Part shown: positions 28,200 to 43,167 of the stretch, piece by piece
How positions within the stretch are numbered: position 1 is the first letter of the stretch
How the letters are laid out: each line of letters begins with the position of its first letter
NCBI RefSeq assembly: GCF_964355755.1
Contig: NC_092680.1
Location: 4,402,001-4,466,000, forward strand
DNA length: 64,000 nt
DNA from: Antedon mediterranea
Lineage: Eukaryota; Animalia; Echinodermata
Direction: 5' to 3'
The notes under the pieces: generated by a model
Database searches by the model: none
Told to the model about the DNA's origin: nothing
What the model saw: only the letters and a program-made list of their open reading frames with translations
Program-made: the position numbers and the translations under genes

Positions 28200-29485
28200 C
28201 TAGATGGCACGCTCGCTTCGCTCGCGTACCATCTAGGTCGTGCCCACAGATGGTTCTCGAATACACAGTATTTCCAGCGAGAAAAAAATGGAGATTTCAA
28301 ATGAACTGCAGGACTATAATAAATTTTCGTTTACAGAAACGAATAAATATACACAATGATTTATGTAGTCAACCAAAATTAGCACCCTGGGAATTACTTC
28401 CAAGAGAGAAACAAAATGAGTCAATTTTTTTATTTGGACTCATTTAAACAAACCCAATTTGTGTTTTGTATGTAACATTAAGGGTTGAGGGATGGGGGAA
28501 GAAGATAGGTACAAAGAGGAAACATTTTAAAATATATTCTTATCCACTCAGTAACGAAATATTGTTTTTAATGTTTTATAGGCCTATAAATAATATACCA
28601 CTAAATACAGTAAAACATTTACGATTTAATACTTTGTTAAAACTCTCACTGTCATAGTCGATTGAAATAGTAAAGTACATGTAACGATACACCACTACGA
28701 CGTTTATATATTTTTAAATTATTAATTAATACAAACGTTGAGAAGCAACTGTCAGTAATAACGTTTATTTATTTGTATATTATATGTTTATAATCTAACA
28801 GTATGGCCTACCCACACTCACAGTAATAAAGTTTATTTGTATATTTGTTTATATTACATCTAACAGTACCAACACTCACAGTAAGAAATTTGCGATTCAA
28901 ATTGCGATCAAAAGTGGTTAATACCTTAACAGTATTGTACAGCATTGCAATACTATTTATGTTTATTCTCAAAGGGGGCCCATAAATCTAAATCTATACC
29001 TCTATGGTTAAACCAAATAATTTGGAATGTTCCATTCATCACAAATCAATACATTTGTAAAAACGTATATTACATGTATCAAAATAGTATTTTTTAAAGA
29101 AAATCGGCCTGTCTTCAACATTATGATGCTGTACTCTAGCTGTTCAACCAGTTTTCAGCTATTAAAAACAATTATCGTAGGAGGAGATAGGAAAATGCGA
29201 AGCCTCCTCGTATTTTTGTGGCGGGTATTTTTCAAGATGGACATCCATTAGACAGTGTATACCACGATCGGAAAACACCCCTATTTGGGGCAAATCGTTG
29301 AACCTAAATTCGTTTTAATCGTCAATAACTAATTACCTAACTCAATTTAATTAGTAAACAGGGTTACATCAGATGGTTAAAATCAGTACCGAAAGTGTGT
29401 ACCAACTTTATATACCATCGAGTAGAAATTCTAGAAATAAACCGAGATTTACCGAATTTTGCCCTTACGTAAATTTATATATAGA
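28200..29485 (-). mobile_element. Non-autonomous Helitron, copy 1 (~1.29 kb)
   Basis: In element orientation: 5' TC, 3' CTAG, inserted between A and T with no TSD, and a GC-rich 3' hairpin GATGGTACGC...GCGTGCCATC. Near-identical to copies 2 and 3. Confidence 0.85.
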
Positions 29486-32303
29486 TGATTTCTATATATC
29501 AAGGTGAAGATTCCCGATTCGTATATCGGTTTTGGCGCATTTTCTCATTCACACAGATTATCATTTCTACGTGTATTACACACAATTTTTTTCAATAAAA
29601 GACAAATCATTATTTAAAGTAACAGTGTCATAACGCAATGATTGTAAACTTTGTATAGATTGATTTACTGACGAAGGATTATAGTAGAGTTAGATTCTGT
29701 CACATTAACCACCATCAGCTAATTTTAATTTATCCAGCTAATTACCCTATTAAATGTTATTAATTATGGATTATTTACGCAACATGAATCAATTATCACG
29801 TGATGATCCAATAACTAGTATAGAATACTTCAACGGATACCTATTTTTGGAAATTAATAATATTTGTTATAGATAAAAATAAGTTGAAACTCTCCATTGT
29901 GACACTAAACAATAATGCACTTTCCCGTACAATGAACGGGGGAAATATATGTTTTAACACTTTGCTAGCTTCTATTCAAGGGACACTCCTGAAGGGATTT
30001 TGTTGGGTACGGAAGGTGTCCCTTTAATAGTTCTACTGTGACTGACTAATTGATCATAAAGAAATTCAAAGTAATGTTTATTTAATTTATAGTGATTTAT
30101 GATTACACGACTTTGTCAAATTATGCTATAGAGGAACACAACAATCATTGAAATGTGGTTACGGCAAAATAATACACTATCAAATATGTACATAAAAAGA
30201 ATAAAACATTATTTCTGGCTTGCACTTTTTTGGAATACTCTTTATAATAGTGTACCACGTAGAATAAGTAACGCAAAGGTATGTAAAACAAATGTCTAGG
30301 CTGATGTAAAGTTATAACCTGTGTCACCCAGAGTTGAATCACTGCATTATTTACTAACTTTGAATTATGAAAATATTGTATTTTTTTATTAGTAGTAACT
30401 CTAAACCTCTGGTAAATGTGTTCGATTATGTATACATTATCGACAAGCCAAGGTCTTTGAATAACCTATCTAAATAAATGATCTACCAGATATTGCTAAT
30501 CGACACAATTTAAGTTGTGTAATAATACTGATACTGTACTGTTCAATAACATGGTTATATTACATAATGTATCATTAGCTTAGGCCAAGAAGCCAACCGA
30601 ACAGGTTAAAAGTATGTGTTTTCATATCATTAGACTTTCATAAATGTACAGACCATAACGTATAGTTTAACCCATTGAGCTTATCACATTTATACGTTAT
30701 TATTTTGAACGATTTGTTTAATATGGACTTAAAATCATAAAAAGATCATATTTTTTTATATGGAAACCTTTTTGAAAAAAATAAATTAGCAATATACTCT
30801 ACGCTGGTAAAACATTAATATGTAAACGATGTTCATTGACGTTGCAAGTTATACATTTAGGAGAAAACGCCAAATTAGTTAGGCGTAATATTTATTCACC
30901 ATCAGAGGATGTATACAAACTGTGATATAATGTGTAGGAATCTGCGCTGCCAATGCTGTGTGTTGCGAAATTAATTCGATTTCCTTCGACAACTTTTTTT
31001 CATTCCTTAAGTTGGAGTTTTAAACAGTGATGTACGTAACTATCGTATCTATAATCGATTCTATCAGATAAAGCAACAACTTATTGAACACATATCAAAC
31101 ATTGCTTGCTTGCTGAAAGATAGACTACAATAATAATTATGTGATACTTGTCGCCCGGATGAGAAACATAATAGTCTGCTAGGATTTGTTTTCTCATAAA
31201 GTAGCATTAAGACCTTAACTCAATCATTGTCTGTAAAGCGAATGATATGCTGATAAAAGATGGGAGGATTTGGCGGACATGAACTAAGGCATAGACGAAC
31301 CTGAATCGTATTTTATCTTGCTTACATGATTTAACAAGGAAATGCATTTTCGTCGCCATTACTTTTTAAGCAATGGACAGACATCAACACAACAATCATG
31401 TTATGTCATGTTGTTGTTATGAGTGACAGATTGACTGATTCCTTTACATGCACTAATTGTTCCCATTAATTATATTGTCATCCCCGATGTCTGATCCCTA
31501 TTACATGATGTTTATTACGAGTTTGTTATGTTATTGATGTTTTTGTTGATTATAGTTTGGACATTCACTCTCAATGCGATGCTGCCGCACGTTGAAATGT
31601 CTCCTCATTACAAAGTTTCAGTGTACTCTTGTTCTGAACAATTTGGATAATCGTTTGTACGTATGTCCTACATTAGCACTTCTGTTACTTTCTAGTGATT
31701 ATAGATTCATTTTAGTTATGTCATCCTAAGTGCACGGACACAAGTCATTTATTTTATCCTCATATTCATAATCTGTTTACAGAAAAGATATCACATTTGT
31801 GATAGATGAAAGGTGATTACAGTGGAGTTTATTCATGTATGTCTACAATCAATTTACTTTCTTGCCAACAAAAACAGTATTGTACACACACCTAGACTAA
31901 ATTTAGGCACCAAGTAGTAAGTTAACGAATTAAATACGGATAATTAAAAGCAATGTGGCAACCCCATTACCACGTCTTTAAATAAAAAACGTCTTTAAAT
32001 GTATCCTGCAAATCATGGCATATGGAGACTTGGTCATCAACTACGAACATGGAAAGAAACTTTCTGCAGCACAACACGAGACGTAGCGATCGAGTTTGAT
32101 TGTTGTCATAATTTATAATAATGTATATATACACAATATAACATCCAAAGACCATAAACTAAAAATAGTGTTTGCGAAACTAAACGAAAGAAAAAATAAA
32201 TTATGACAACAATCAAACTCAGGAGATTGACATGGGCAGGTCACATCACATCTGGAGTAAACTTTGAATAATAAGATGGAGTTCGATACTGACGGTTTGG
32301 AAA

Positions 32304-33208
32304 CTAATAGAAGTAAGCATAGGACCTAATGGAAGTAAGCAGAGCACCTAATGGAAGTAAGCAAAGCACCTAATGGAAGTAGCAGAGCACCTAATGTAAG
32401 TAAGCAAAGCACCTAATGGAAGTAAGCAGAGGACCTAATGGAAGTAAGCAGAGCACCTATAATGGAAGTAAGCAGAGGACCTATAATGGAAGTAAGCAGA
32501 GGACCTAATGGAAGTAAGCAGAGGACCTAATGGAAGTAAGCAGAGGACCTAATGGAAGTAAGCAGAGCACCTAATGGAAGTAAGCAGAGGACCTAATGGA
32601 AGTAAGCAGAGCACCTATAATGAAAGTAAGCAGAGGACCTATAATGAAAGTAAGCAGAGGACCTAATGGAAGTAAGCAGAGGACCTAATGGAAGTAAGCA
32701 GAGGACCTAATGGAAGTAAGCAGAGGACCTAATGGAAGTAAGCAGAGCACCTATAATGGAAGTAAGCAGAGGACCTATAATGGAAGTAAGCAGAGGACCT
32801 AATGGAAGTAAGCAGAGGACCTATAATGGAAGTAAGCAGAGGACCTAATGGAAGTAAGCAGAGGACCTAATGGAAGTAAGCAGAGGACCTAATGGATGTA
32901 AGCAGAGCACCTAATGGAAGTAAGCAGAGGACCTAATGGAAGTAAGCAAAGCACCTAATGGAAGTAAGCAAAGCACCTAATGGAAGTAAGCAGATGACCT
33001 AATGGAAGTAAGCAGAGCACCTAATGGAAGTAAGCAGATGACCTAATGGAAGTAAGCAGAGCACCTAATGGAAGTAAGCAGAGCACCTAATGGAAGTAAG
33101 CAGAGGACCTAATGGAAGTAAGCAAAGCACCTAATGGAAGTAAGCAAAGCACCTAATGGAAGTAAGCAAAGCACCTAATGGAAGTAAGCAGAGGACGATA
33201 ATGGGAGT
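32304..33208. repeat. 22/24-bp minisatellite, about 40 units (CCTAATGGAAGTAAGCAGAGGA)
   Basis: Visible period of 22 with a +TA variant and GGA/GCA variants. Confidence 0.97.
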
Positions 33209-34231
33209 AAAACGACGATAGTCTAAGAATTGGTATCAGAGAGCGAGATATCTGGACGACATGCTATGAAGAATTCGTCCATTCATTTCATTTTCATTTA
33301 TTCATCCAAAGAGAAAATTAAAAAAATATCAAAAATATAAATGGAATGGTCCATCAACAAAAAGCTAAAGCTTGTACGTGGTTGATGACAAAAAACTTAC
33401 CAAAACAACCATAAAACAGTTAATACAACAACAATGACAATCAAGTTAAAAAACATATTCTGGAATCTGTCAGTGATTATATTTATATGGTTAAATAATA
33501 CAAGCTTTAGATTAAAGCAAGGTTACATAATAAGATATATATAATGTGATGACATATTGTACTATACTGATCGAATTATAAAATAAATCGACCCGGTCTT
33601 ATGACTGATCATTTGAAACTCAACATTTGTATTCAAACTATATTTAGGAAAAGGAAGCTTTTCATCGACGAAGAACTTAGCATACTTTAAGATTTTCATC
33701 ACTATTTACTCACTACCGGTTTTAGCCGAACCGCTTTTCGATTTGTTTGTACAACAATCCCCTTTAGAATGCAGTCCGCATGACATGAACATTACGAAGA
33801 CTTTAATACAACAAAACCTGCGACGACACTAGTTTAAGTAATGTGATTAAAAGTACAGTACAACCAATTAGGAACAAACGGAAGTTCAAACAGGTCGATG
33901 CATTAACCAAACAATAAATACTTCAACGGAAATATCTTTCAAATAGATGAATGAATAATGAATTAATGTGAGCATGTTATTAGTTAATGTAAACACCACA
34001 CTACGAACAGAAGTAGAAATATGGAACGAATGAATATTTACTGTATTACGAATATAGATGCATCGATTGATTAGCTGAAGGGATTGATAATGAATAATAA
34101 ATACTAATAAAAGTACAAAAAACAACAACTAAATTCATTCCTCATGGCCTACTTTTATTAACACATCTTACTTGTTACTAGCATTTATCTGTACTCGTAA
34201 TGAACGACTAGTTAAATATCTTCCTCTTCGA

Positions 34232-34389
34232 TGCTTGGTTCCCACTAGTGACGCAGCACAAGGACGTAACGAAACGTAAGTGTATTGACCAATGACAAGC
34301 GATGTATTATTCGAACTGTCGCTTGTCATTGGTTAACACGCTTGCGTTGCGTCTACGTCCTTGCGTTACGTTCTAGTGGGAACCAAGCT
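34232..34389. mobile_element. MITE family A
   Basis: TIRs GCTTGGTTCCCACTAG...CTAGTGGGAACCAAGC. Confidence 0.8.
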
Positions 34390-34881
34390 TTATGTATGAC
34401 CGGTTGTGCATTACGTCATCCATTAATATCAATCAAGCATAACGGATTGTAACTAGTGCTATCACAGAGATACGAAGATAAATGACTTTAAAAGAAGAAA
34501 AGAAATGACCGTGAAATGAACAAACAAACGAAAGCATTCAACTAACTAAACAAATCTTTCAAAGCCTGAGCGCAAGATCTTCTCCACCTAATCCCCTTAT
34601 ATCAGTTTTGTTTATCTTACCTATAATCGAATTTTGATCAATACTATGATTGACTATATTGACCTTCTACATTAATTTTATCAATGAGTGAACTTGGTAG
34701 GTTGCGCTGTCATTTTCTATACATATTTCCGTGTACCTACATAACCCCCGCCCACAACACCCCTCTAAATATATATAGATCCGCCGCTGATTTGTGGTCA
34801 AGATGTATGATTTAAGGCCGGTACGGAGATCGAATTGATTCGAATCCACGTTGAGAGAGCATTACTTGTGTGTTTATTTGA

Positions 34882-35593
34882 TTTACCTCCGCCAAGGAGG
34901 TATATGTAATCGGTCACGTGTGTGTGTTTGTTTTTGTCTATCTGTCTGTTTGTTTGTTTGTCTGTTTGTTTGTTAGCAGGATTACTCAAAAAGTAATTAC
35001 AAGATCTTTACCAAAATGAATATTCAGATAGATATGTGGTCAAGGACCAATCCATAAATTTGGGACCATTTGGGACCATGGTCTCAATTATGGACCACTT
35101 TTTAATATACTTTTCAGACCTGCTAGTGTTAAAAGATAGGACAGAATTGTTCAAAAGCCGGCGAGCAGTCTTAAAGTAACAAGTAAACTGAAATTGCATT
35201 GAGAAAAAACTTCATATTTAGGCAAGAGGCCTAGAAGATTTGTAATTTTAAAACATAATTTGATTTAATGTGCACGTTTTTTAATGAGAGTAGTATAAAA
35301 ACCTTATTTCTTTTCAAATTCACTCATTTGATTTTCGCGTTGCTGTTCTATTCTTAGTCAACTGATGCTATTGTTAATAGAAAGGCTTGTTACATAACCA
35401 TTACACCAAACTCGCATACACATGCTTGTTGTGAAATTAGCCTAAATCAGAAACAGCATTAATATGCACAATATTATTTTCACAAATATTTTAATACACA
35501 CAAATATATATATATATATTTTCCCGGAGAAATATTATGTAGGAGAATTTTACAGTAGGCGGAGGTATGCACTCTCGGAGTGGCTTTCTAGTT
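34882..35593 (+). mobile_element. Helentron-associated non-autonomous element (HINE / DINE-1-like)
   Basis: 5' subTIR ACCTCCGCC, (GTTT/GTCT)n microsatellite, 3' subTIR GGCGGAGGT at 35558, then a short palindrome GCACTCTCGGAGTG and TTTCTAGTT. Confidence 0.75.
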
Positions 35594-37248
35594 TGAATTA
35601 GTAAATTTTCACGACGTCATGTTTGACAAAATTGATCGATCAAAAATAGAGAGAAAAAAACACTGCAACACATGAAACAAAATAAATAGCACAAGATGTA
35701 GTTCGGAATTTCTAGTTTCTAGAAAAATTAGTTTGGATTGAGATTAATCAACAATGAGTTTAACGTAAACGTTCGAGTTTCAATCGATCTATTTATTCTT
35801 CGCATCTACTCTGTCAATGTGTAAACAAACTGCTCTTTTACATTAAAGTCAGATTGTTGTGTATTATAGTTGTGTTCCTATTTATACATCTCGCCTTATG
35901 AAATGGAAACATTTAAAATTGTGAGATGATAATTAGACATGTTTACAAACTGACCGAATTAGATGCGCAAATCGCTTCATTAGAAACTTGAAAATATAAT
36001 ACAATCTGATGTTATCGAGAGTAAATCCGAATACCTATCACAGTTCGGACTACAAAGCTAACCGATAAATGCTCAATAATGATCAGTGTTAAAAGTCAAT
36101 GAATTGTTTGAATTTTAGATCATTTAACCAACTTTCAGCCGGATGTTATTCGACTAAAACCTAATATTTTACATTATTATGTGCTTTTCTGATATTTCTG
36201 TTTTCACATATGATCATAGTGTTGACGCTCGTTAAATATAATATTTGTAACAGATGCATATTAGTTTTTTTTTAGGTTGCAGTAATAACCTTATTTAGGC
36301 ATCTAATTTAAGTATACACTTGTTTCAAATAACATTTTTATTGTTTTGTTTTGTTTATGCCTTATGCCAAACACTTTCCCTTACTAACCTATTTTGGCCT
36401 CCTTCCGAAATGTATTTTGCCATCGCGCATTTATTATTGTATTTTCATTTTCGAGTTTTAATGAATTTTTGTCTAATCTACTTAGTTTGCAAATTAATGT
36501 ATTTAATTATTAATTATTGAATATTACAGTCAGAAATTATACAGAAATGAAAAGAAAAACGAATTGATATTTTCAAAAAAAAAAAAAAAACCGACAAGAA
36601 TTCATCATTTTCAGTCTTAACAAGACAGCTCGGTTACTATTAATTTTAGCAAATATATAATTTTTAGTAGATAAGTCGAGTCACACCAGATTCGTTTCCA
36701 AGTTAAAGATTAAACAATTAAAGTCGTTTTAAAGATCATGCGATTAAATTCCTATGGCTGAAATGCCTGGCACGTATTAAATCACCTTCCCAACCTGGTT
36801 AGTATTACTTTAGATCTAATCAGACATTTCATTCACGTTTCACTGTAATAGTTTCTTTCATTCATAGTAGTGACCTTTTAAACTTTTGCCTGCACGGTTC
36901 TGGGGTACCAATCTCAGTTGGATGAGCATTACCCCGCCAGGTTTTTGGACATTTCTCAATTTTAAAACCCGGCTGTGGTTATCAAACGCCACTTGTTACT
37001 TTGGTCAACACAGCCAGAAATGTATGTTGATATCAATCTATATATATATTTTTATTTGTGTCATTTCTGTATCAATCCGTTGATCAGTCAATGTCTCATT
37101 CTTTTTGTATCTGTTATACTTTTATTAAAAAGTTTTAAACTAAATTTTAGTTACCGTAATAACTCTGATGCTTTGACAATTAAAAACAAACTTTAGTGAT
37201 AATAAATAAATTCCGCAAATTTAATATCCACAAAATAAAGGAACGCTG

Positions 37249-37392
37249 AGCTCTGTCTACACATGGAGGTGGTCTTACACTATCAAACGTTATACGACAA
37301 AAAATATGATGGGTCCATAATAATGTACACGATGACGTCATATCATTACCATATTTGGGCATATCACACTAGTTTCAGAATCAGACAGAGCT
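37249..37392. mobile_element. MITE family B, diverged
   Basis: AGCTCTGTCTACAC...AGACAGAGCT. Confidence 0.7.
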
Positions 37393-39204
37393 TTAGATAA
37401 ATATTTGTTGTTATAACCTGTATTTCATTCTGCATGGTGTCATTTTACTTGATTTCAAAGTATGACTTTGTTTTCTATTCTTTGAAATAAAATATAATGT
37501 AATGTGTGTAGTTTCTAAATACATGAGTATGTCTAAAATAATATTGTTGGATGTTGAAATTTATAAATGTAATGTACATCGTGTCTGAATAATTATTTTA
37601 TATGGGTAAAATTAAGATCATAATTCATCAATAATTAATTGTACTGTATCTTGTAAAAGAAGTAGAATACACAATATGTACAATGGAAACTGAACGTTTG
37701 CAATGTCAGACAATAAATTTAGAAATACTTATCAATCTGTTTCAAATACTATTAGAAACATTTTCAATTAGAAACAATTGTGCATTTAAAAGAGAAATGT
37801 GCACAGTCAGATAATATAGGTAAATCAAATTAACTTTGTCAGAAAAATTCATCATAGGTGTTTAATATTCGAATATGTAAATCAGTTTAATGACGTGTTT
37901 TTTGAATTTCAAGCAAAATTTTTTTTCTCTTTAGCTTATATTAGAAAATCGAAAATGATAAATAATGTTTTTTAATTACATTCCACATTGCCAGTGTCGT
38001 TTGTGAAAGAATAATACTGAATAATAAATAAACATTTCTTAAAGATGAATTGTCTTTCAAAAACATCAAAAATAAAGATTAATAAAAATCATTAATTCAC
38101 TTTTAAAAAGACAAAAGAAAACCATTGTCTGACAAACAATTTAAGTATTTTTGCTTTAAATTACATTTTCAGGTAAATAATTTTGTTTATTAGTTGTTGT
38201 TGTTGTTGTTGTTATTAGTTTAGTTATGGTCAAACTACTACTTGAAATTAAAATAACATAATCAACAAGAACATTTAAAAAAAAAACCAATGTTTAGGCC
38301 TATAGGAGGACAATAAATCTTTAAAACTTGTCTTGCTGGAAAAGCCAAACAAACAAACAAAAAACATTCAATCACATTTAATACAAAGCAAGATTGTCTT
38401 AAGCAAGTTAATTTGGTAATTAGTTTTATACTGGGCCTCTTGAAGATCATCTAAATAAAATAAATATATAAATTTTATACATAACATTCATATTTTTGTG
38501 ATAAATAGTAGATATTTTAAATCAAAATTCCTTATTTTTCCATTTTTCTAAAGAAAGACGTTATGGTGTTCGGAGTAACTTGCCAAGATAATCGTGAATC
38601 AATGTAATACACTGATTTATGAGAAACCTTAATTAAATTCCTATATTATTTTATAATGCCGACCGAGGCATTATAAACTTAAATAACCTTTCATACAAGA
38701 AATGAAACATAAATTTTGATATACACATTTTAACGAGAAAATATATAGGCCAATATTTATACAGGAATGCATATGGGTGAAAGCGGTTTGGTCAATGACA
38801 TCAGTTCATATTGATTTGATAACATACAGTATTATGTTAATCTCACGTGTTCCCATGTTGTTTTATTGATTGAATTAAGTAAACTCATATCAATAAATCA
38901 TGAATTGCTTCTCTTTTAGACGTCAACTTTGCCCACAAATGTATTGAATTTTATCATGTTATGTTGCAGTTTCATAGAATCAATTTATCTATTTTGAATT
39001 AAGAATATTTACGACCAAACTATATGAATAAAAATGTTACCAAACGTAATAGTAAAACTCGTTCTTACCAGCGAAATATTGACAGTGATATCAATAGTAA
39101 CCCGTTAAAACTATTTTCTAGGAAATGTTAATATTTAATTTATTTGTTTTATTTTCTATTGGACAAATCGCACGGAAAACATCTCATAGATATGACATTA
39201 AGAT

Positions 39205-39430
39205 CTCGTTCTCCCATAACCTAGAGGATCATGGGGCGTAGCAGATGAGATACAGTGCAGTAAGTCCTTCCATATAGGGGAATTAGGGGATACGATACTC
39301 AGGCATAAGCATGGTCTCCCAGTGGTTATCACCTATCCGGGCTGGCGGAGTTTTGCTGGATGGCCATCGTTTGTTCTCCTGAACCGACACCCTTGTAGTT
39401 GATTTTAGTGCCAACTGGGCGTTGCATGCT
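39205..39430 (-). mobile_element. LINE 3' relic (RTE-like), same family as 61918-62058
   Basis: Shared GGCCATCCAGCAAAA..CCGCCAGCCCGGA and TCTGCTACGCCCC blocks. Confidence 0.5.
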
Positions 39431-40153
39431 CTAAAAGGAGTTAAGATAACTAAATGAAAAACAGTCCATCATTTATAAACGCGTTGATGGAATGTTATTC
39501 ATTATTAGAGATGATAGGCTGAATTCGAATTCTTTTCTCAAAATTCATTTATAAAACGTGTTGATGAAATTACTTAACGATGTAAAGTAAACTTTTGCCC
39601 AAAATGTAGGCGGCATTCAATTTTTTTTCCACGATGGAAGCAACAGGAAATTTAACCGAATGATGCACAAGCATTCTTTTGTAAACAAAGCCATTTTTTA
39701 TATATTTAAAAAAAAAAATAATTATCACAACATTGCATGTGCTTATGTCATCATCAAACATGTTCCATTATTAATGTTTGAAATTACACCAATTACATAT
39801 TCTTTCGGAATTATTGAAATATAATACATTTAGATACGTGTTGTCATAATATAGCATTAAATAAAGACATATGGGCATAACGGGATATGTTTTAAGTCAA
39901 GATATAATTTGTTTTTAAATTACTCATGTTCTTTGATCAGTTTTAGTCTTTAGGGACGAACAAGATAGATTTGACTATAAAGACATCTTAGACCTCTCAT
40001 TCGTCATTATCTAGACAGATATTTCTAACACCTAAGATAGCATATTTCATTTTTGTTTAAAGAATCATAATTTGACATTATTTGTATACGTCAATCTGCA
40101 TTGAAAATTTAACCACTGGCGTACCATTATTTGTGCACAATTGCGTCCACTAA

Positions 40154-40310
40154 AGCTCTGTCTACACTATCAAACTTTATGTGACAACAAAGTATTATAT
40201 ACGCAAATAATTGTAGTGATATGCTTGGTAGTGATATGACATCATCAGGTCCATATAGGCCTATGGGCACATAACGTTTTTTGAAAAAGTTTGATAGTGT
40301 AGACAGTTTA
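40154..40310. mobile_element. MITE family B
   Basis: Left TIR intact, right TIR ...GTTTGATAGTGTAGACAG. Confidence 0.75.
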
Positions 40311-41762
40311 GGTAGAAGATACCTTGCTGTAGCTTCTAACTACATCATGGAATGTAAGCCATTGAGGTCACAGTTTGTTTTAAACGATTGTAACATTGAA
40401 GAATATTTAATTTGGAGAACATCTCGTAAAAATGTATGAAACATAAAGATGAATTAAAAAGTTCGCTCACAAAAAAATATTTATTTTTCTTATTAAAGTT
40501 CCAGTTGATAATTGTTTTATTAGTTTACAAGTATCCTTTCAGTGATAAAATCATGAACATGTAGAAATTCACCAGACATTTCTTTTAAGGAAATTGATAT
40601 CGGCTTTTGCCTTTGCAAGTTTCTTGATGGTGAAAGTAAAGTAATTACTGACTTTGTTGTAACTTATAAATAATTCATGTAAGTTACACTATGTTCAATA
40701 AAATATGAGTTAGTGTACGGTCTATAATAGTTTTAGTTCACTCGAAAACGTATGCCTATTTTCTTAGACTCTGTAAATTGTCAGCCCGAAGATATGGTTT
40801 GTATAATTGCAATATGAACTGTAAATAACGCAAGCAATTTAACTTCATTTCATATTGAGGTGTAAAATGCATGAACCTGAAACATAATATCTTGCTGCTG
40901 AGAATTGAAAACACTTACTGCATACTAACCTGAGGGTAAATGTTTATATTATTTAATAGCTAAATGGCCGGCTCAATTAAGTCCATTAGTGGGGTTTGAG
41001 ATATCCGTTTATTTTCAAAAACATGGAGGTATTTAGAAGTAATGTATATTACTCAAAGGTCTCTCAAACATTGAGAAAAACATGTTATAATCTATTTGTG
41101 GTATTACCTTGAAATTGTAAAGGTCGCGTGGTCTTGTAAGTATTTCATACAGCAATTAATTATTAATGTAGGCCTAAGGATATCATAATTCATAATTTTA
41201 ATTGACTTTGCAAGTCCAGTGACTACTACCAGCAGCCTAAACTTGCCCCAAGTCTATAGTTATTTCGATTTTCGAGGCTTGTCGATGTTTGTCTGGAAAT
41301 TAGTTAAGTATAGGTATGAAACGCCATATGTGCCAAAATATTTATCTTTTTACTAATATCAATTGAAAACTCAGTCTGGAACCCAGACTACCAGTAACCT
41401 ACCGTCAGTCGTATATTTATCCAACGACTTCCATTGGTTGACTCGACTAATATAATATCAGCTATATTGATCCAGCGACTTCCCCCAGTAAATATCTCGA
41501 AATTAGGTTACGCAATTAGGCCTAGAACTGTTTAAATACCATAATTGTGAGCCCAAGCCTTTTCTCCTTTTAATTATCATTTACGTTATTTCATAATAGA
41601 ACGATGAAATGAAACGCTTAAAATGATGCAAACACGACTGCGAAATTCGTCATTAAATGTCCATTCCTTCTTATGTTTATTATTGGGAGATATGCACTTG
41701 TATTAGTATTTGTTTTACTTCTCAAATTTAGCATACGTTGTTATTACTATGTGACGTCGGAA

Positions 41763-41772
41763 TATGTATATG

Positions 41773-41813
<41 letters not shown>

Positions 41814-41905
41814 CCATTGAGATCCAGCCACTGATACCCACAGCATTGTCATTTTTTTCAGTAATTTGCCTTTGGATTTGTATATATATATATATATATA
41901 TATAT
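41763..41905. repeat. Two (TA)n microsatellites
   Basis: At about 41763-41812 and 41881-41905. Confidence 0.9.
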
Positions 41906-42734
41906 TGTTTTTCTTTATTTTTATAATATGCTAATGTAGATACTTGTAAATGGTTCTTGAACTATGGAGAATTTTGTACTCTGTATTCTTTTTCCGAAAT
42001 AAAAAGATGAAATGATATAATGTTGAACATTTTAAATGTTCGCATACTAAATTATGGCATTTCTTTGAAAATAAAATGAGCTAGCCTTAATTTTTTATAT
42101 GGAAATTTAACACGTTACATGCATTAGCTGAGACGTTTTAATTGATTTCTAGTCGAAAACAGTGGTCAGTTGTTAGTTGTCAAAATGTTTTAAATGAATG
42201 AGCAATCACGTATAAGGCGTCGGTTTGCGGTTTGGCGCTAATGGAGAAATAGTACGTTATCGTCACGTAACTAGTCTTCCTCTACAATAGTGTATGCTTA
42301 GCTGTCACTGAATGCCCACTATAACAGGTGATAAGATACTCCGACATGGACTAGTGATGCAAATGAAAACAAATCTACCTTACGTAATACAATTGAAGTA
42401 AGATAAAACGTGTTAAAAATCCAACAAGAAATTACTTACCTGTCGTTGATTATTCGATCGACGTTCGAAAAAAATTAACTGCAGATCTGTTCAAAAAAAT
42501 CTCAGCATTAATGTCAATTGGAAGTTCTAATGGTTGTAACTCAGCTTGTCCTCAAATCGTCACAGTTTGCCGCCAATTGATTCGCAAATTTCTTTATTTT
42601 TTGACTTGAATGTTTTAGCAGAGAGCAAGGAATTAAGATACAAGGATGCATGCATCTCCCTACGGATAAGCGACATGACAACAACAGCGGAATAATAATT
42701 TGGCTTTATTAAAATAAATATCATACTTTTCCAT

Positions 42735-43167
42735 AACTACCCACAAACTGTAAAACTGTAAAAATATACTCACAAAATTTCGTTTAGGAGTGTTAGATTC
42801 GGAAATAGAAAAGGGAAGATGGAACAAAATCCCACTTCAAAACCGTTTATGTAAATTATGCAATATGAATTCTATTGAAGACGAATTTCATTTTATGTTA
42901 GTCTGTCCATATTATTCCGAACTCAGAAACTTATATATTCCTAATTTTTATCACACGTTCCCTTGTAATAAGTTTTATTTTTTAATGTGCAACACTAGAG
43001 TAGTCCAAGATTTAGCAAATTTTGTTTATCTAGCTTACGAAAATAGAAAATATTATTTTGCAACCCAACCAGAAAATATTATTGTATGATTTGTATGTAA
43101 GATATAAGGGCCAGAGGCCTAAATATTGTAGAAATAAAACCCCGTTAGGGGAACGATTGATTGATTG
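42735..43167 (+). mobile_element. 5'-truncated non-LTR retrotransposon, ORF2 C-terminus (RTEX/CR1-group-like)
   Basis: KFRLG...IEKGRW...RLCKLC...IEDEFHFMLVCPYY..LR is the CCHC zinc motif that follows LINE reverse transcriptase. AATAAA and a (TTGA)n tail follow. Confidence 0.8.

Noticed and set aside
29027-29251. 74-aa ORF repeated at 46070-46294
   Set aside because: It is antisense inside the Helitron, frameshifted in copy 3 and has no recognisable motif. Its conservation reflects recent copying.
32304-33208. CRISPR array or repetitive coding region
   Set aside because: No spacers, unit lengths of 22/24 shift the frame, and TAA stops occur in every unit.
42790-43089. Host zinc-finger gene
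   Set aside because: The motif and the microsatellite tail identify it as a truncated LINE ORF2 end.
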